Origin: Pseudomonadota bacterium
GTDB lineage: Bacteria; Pseudomonadota; Alphaproteobacteria; Caulobacterales; Parvularculaceae
Assembly: GCA_039183635.1 (NCBI GenBank)
Contig: JBCDBL010000002.1
Span: 802 to 64,801 of the forward strand
Reading direction: 5' to 3'
Length of the DNA stretch: 64,000 bases
Each line of letters opens with the position of its first letter. The stretch's first letter is position 1. Shown piece after piece: positions 62,615-64,000 of this stretch. The position numbers and the translations under genes were made by a program. The notes beneath the pieces were generated by a model that made no database searches, had not been told where the DNA came from, and saw only the letters and a program-made list of their open reading frames with translations.

Positions 62615-63673
62615 ATGAGCTACAATCTCGATACCCTACAAATTACACCTGAAATTCTGTCTCTCATTGCAGAGATCGATGAGTTCAAAGGTGCATGGCA
62701 AGCGCTCGGTACGTTGGCGCCAGAAAGACTATCTGCGCTTCGGCATGTGGCGACTATTGAGAGCATTGGTTCGTCCACACGGATCGAGGGGAGTAAACTT
62801 TCTGACATTGAAGTTGAACGTCTTCTGAGTAAGTTGGCTGTTCAAACCTTTGAAACGCGAGATGGGCAGGAAGTCGCGGGCTATGCAGAAGTTATGGAGC
62901 TGATCTTTCAAAGCTACGATCAAATTCCGCTTTCAGCGAACTACGTCAAGCAACTCCATAAAGACGTTTTGAAATATAGCACGAAAGATGCTCATCATCG
63001 CGGTGAATACAAAACTTCACCCAACCACGTCAGCGCGTTTGATCCAGACGGAAAAGAAATCGGCATTGTGTTCGAAACAGCGACGCCGTTCGATACGCCT
63101 CGATTTATGAATGATCTGCTTATTTGGACAGTTGATACATTGGAAGCGAATAAGCTGCATCCGCTGCTTGTGGTCTCGATATTTATCGTCGTTTTTTTAG
63201 AAATCCATCCGTTTCAGGATGGAAACGGCAGGCTATCGCGCGTGTTAACAACATTGCTCTTACTGAAAACCGGATATAGCTATGTTCCATACAGCTCAAT
63301 GGAAAGCATCATTGAGCAAAACAAGGAAAGCTACTATATCGCCTTACGAAGAACTCAGGGCACAATCCGCACCGATCATCCGGACTGGCAGCCATGGGTG
63401 CAGTTTTTTCTACAAACATTGCAAAATCAGAAAAAGCGTCTTGAGATCAAAATCGAGCGTGAACAGATTTCTTTAAAAACGCTTCCAGAGCTTTCTATTC
63501 AAATTCTGGAAATCGCGAAACAGCATGGCCGCATTACAAATGCGATGATTACCAAGACAACAGGCGCAAACCGAAACACCATCAAAGCACATTTAAGACA
63601 ATTGGTTGAAACGAACCAGCTTGAGAAACACGGTACAGGTAAAGGGACTTGGTATTCTCGAACGTCGTCCTAG
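62615..63673 (+). CDS. Fic-domain protein (AMPylase-type motif) with N-terminal inhibitory helix and C-terminal wHTH
   Basis: Canonical Fic motif HPFQDGNGRLSR. Inhibitory (S/T)xxxE(G/N) motif in SSTRIEGS. C-terminal HTH-like NRNTIKAHLRQLVETNQLEKHG. AT-rich relative to flanks. The start could be 62579, 62609 or 62615. Confidence 0.85.
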   Translation: MSYNLDTLQITPEILSLIAEIDEFKGAWQALGTLAPERLSALRHVATIESIGSSTRIEGSKLSDIEVERLLSKLAVQTFETRDGQEVAGYAEVMELIFQSYDQIPLSANYVKQLHKDVLKYSTKDAHHRGEYKTSPNHVSAFDPDGKEIGIVFETATPFDTPRFMNDLLIWTVDTLEANKLHPLLVVSIFIVVFLEIHPFQDGNGRLSRVLTTLLLLKTGYSYVPYSSMESIIEQNKESYYIALRRTQGTIRTDHPDWQPWVQFFLQTLQNQKKRLEIKIEREQISLKTLPELSIQILEIAKQHGRITNAMITKTTGANRNTIKAHLRQLVETNQLEKHGTGKGTWYSRTSS

Positions 63674-63785
63674 CGAGCAAGATTCGAACCGAGAAAACTA
63701 TTTACTTTCAGATAGATAAGCGGCTTTAATCTGAACAGTCTCAAAAGGTTGGAAATTTATCCAAACAAAATCAATGACTTGTACG

Positions 63786-63862
63786 TGGCGCACCGGGGAG
63801 GATTCGAACCCCCGACCCCCAGATTCGTAGTCTGGTGCTCTATCCAGCTGAGCTACCGGTGC
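63786..63862 (-). tRNA. tRNA-Arg (anticodon ACG), CCA encoded
   Basis: The reverse complement reads GCACCGGTAGCTCAGCTGGATAGAGCACCAGACTACGAATCTGGGGGTCGGGGGTTCGAATCCTCCCCGGTGCGCCA. It forms a cloverleaf with anticodon loop CTACGAA and is near-identical in layout to E. coli tRNA-Arg(ACG). Confidence 0.95.
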
Positions 63863-64000
63863 TTACCTATAAGGCTGTGCTGGGTAGCAAGAAGCGTCGC
63901 CTGGTGCAAGCGATATACGAATTTTGTATTCGTAAAACTTACAGTCGCATCGCGTGGAAGAAACGCGCCGGCCATCATAGATATGCTTTGCTTAGTCCAG

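Noticed and set aside
63675-63700. GATTCGAACC after the Fic stop as a tRNA gene remnant
   Set aside because: The flanking bases do not form a T-stem (CTCGG versus CTTGC are not complementary) and there is no acceptor stem. It is kept only as a possible degenerate att-like match inside the Fic islet finding.

Overview
This is a 64-kb high-GC chromosomal segment. It looks alphaproteobacterial, which I infer only from gene content and gene organisation: many TonB-dependent receptors, catabolic operons under GntR/TetR/MarR regulators, frequent TTG/GTG starts and 4-nt start/stop couplings. I count about 52 protein genes, one tRNA-Arg(ACG), one cobalamin riboswitch and one 4-copy tandem palindromic repeat. 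I saw no CRISPR array, transposase, integrase or rRNA. Content by block: (1) 1-7 kb holds two operons of beta-lactamase-fold (S12) serine hydrolases, together with membrane proteins, an SCP2 protein and a beta-propeller. (2) 7-17 kb is a minus-strand gene string: TonB-dependent receptor, AmpG-like MFS permease, membrane-anchored S12 hydrolase, acyl-CoA ligase, PaaI thioesterase and MDR oxidoreductase, with a divergent GntR regulator. (3) 17.6-29.8 kb is a beta-oxidation supercluster (two family-III CoA-transferases, crotonase, DECR-like SDR, FadB, FadA, acyl-CoA dehydrogenase, TetR, FadD-like ligase) with an embedded M55 D-aminopeptidase. (4) 29.8-33 kb holds an AdoMetDC-like gene that appears to start at ATC, an ornithine-cyclodeaminase plus threonine-dehydratase-like pair, and MarR. 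(5) 33-38.5 kb is a visibly AT-richer block: a giant pentapeptide-repeat membrane protein, Zur, a Zur-box-like operator, a COG0523 GTPase, a MerC-like protein and a DUF1826-like protein. (6) 38.6-41.4 kb holds an orphan sensor kinase translationally coupled to a PhnD-like binding protein. (7) 41.6-44.2 kb holds a B12 riboswitch followed by an exported mini-CobN, an ExbB-like protein and a DUF2149-like protein. This is my top candidate for an undescribed system. (8) 44.3-52.8 kb holds a peptide ABC importer, PBP4 and an M19 dipeptidase. (9) 53-62.3 kb holds an S9 peptidase and a cyanophycin-utilisation locus linked to a TonB-dependent receptor. (10) A Fic islet abuts tRNA-Arg. All family assignments come from motif recognition by eye. 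No database search was run.
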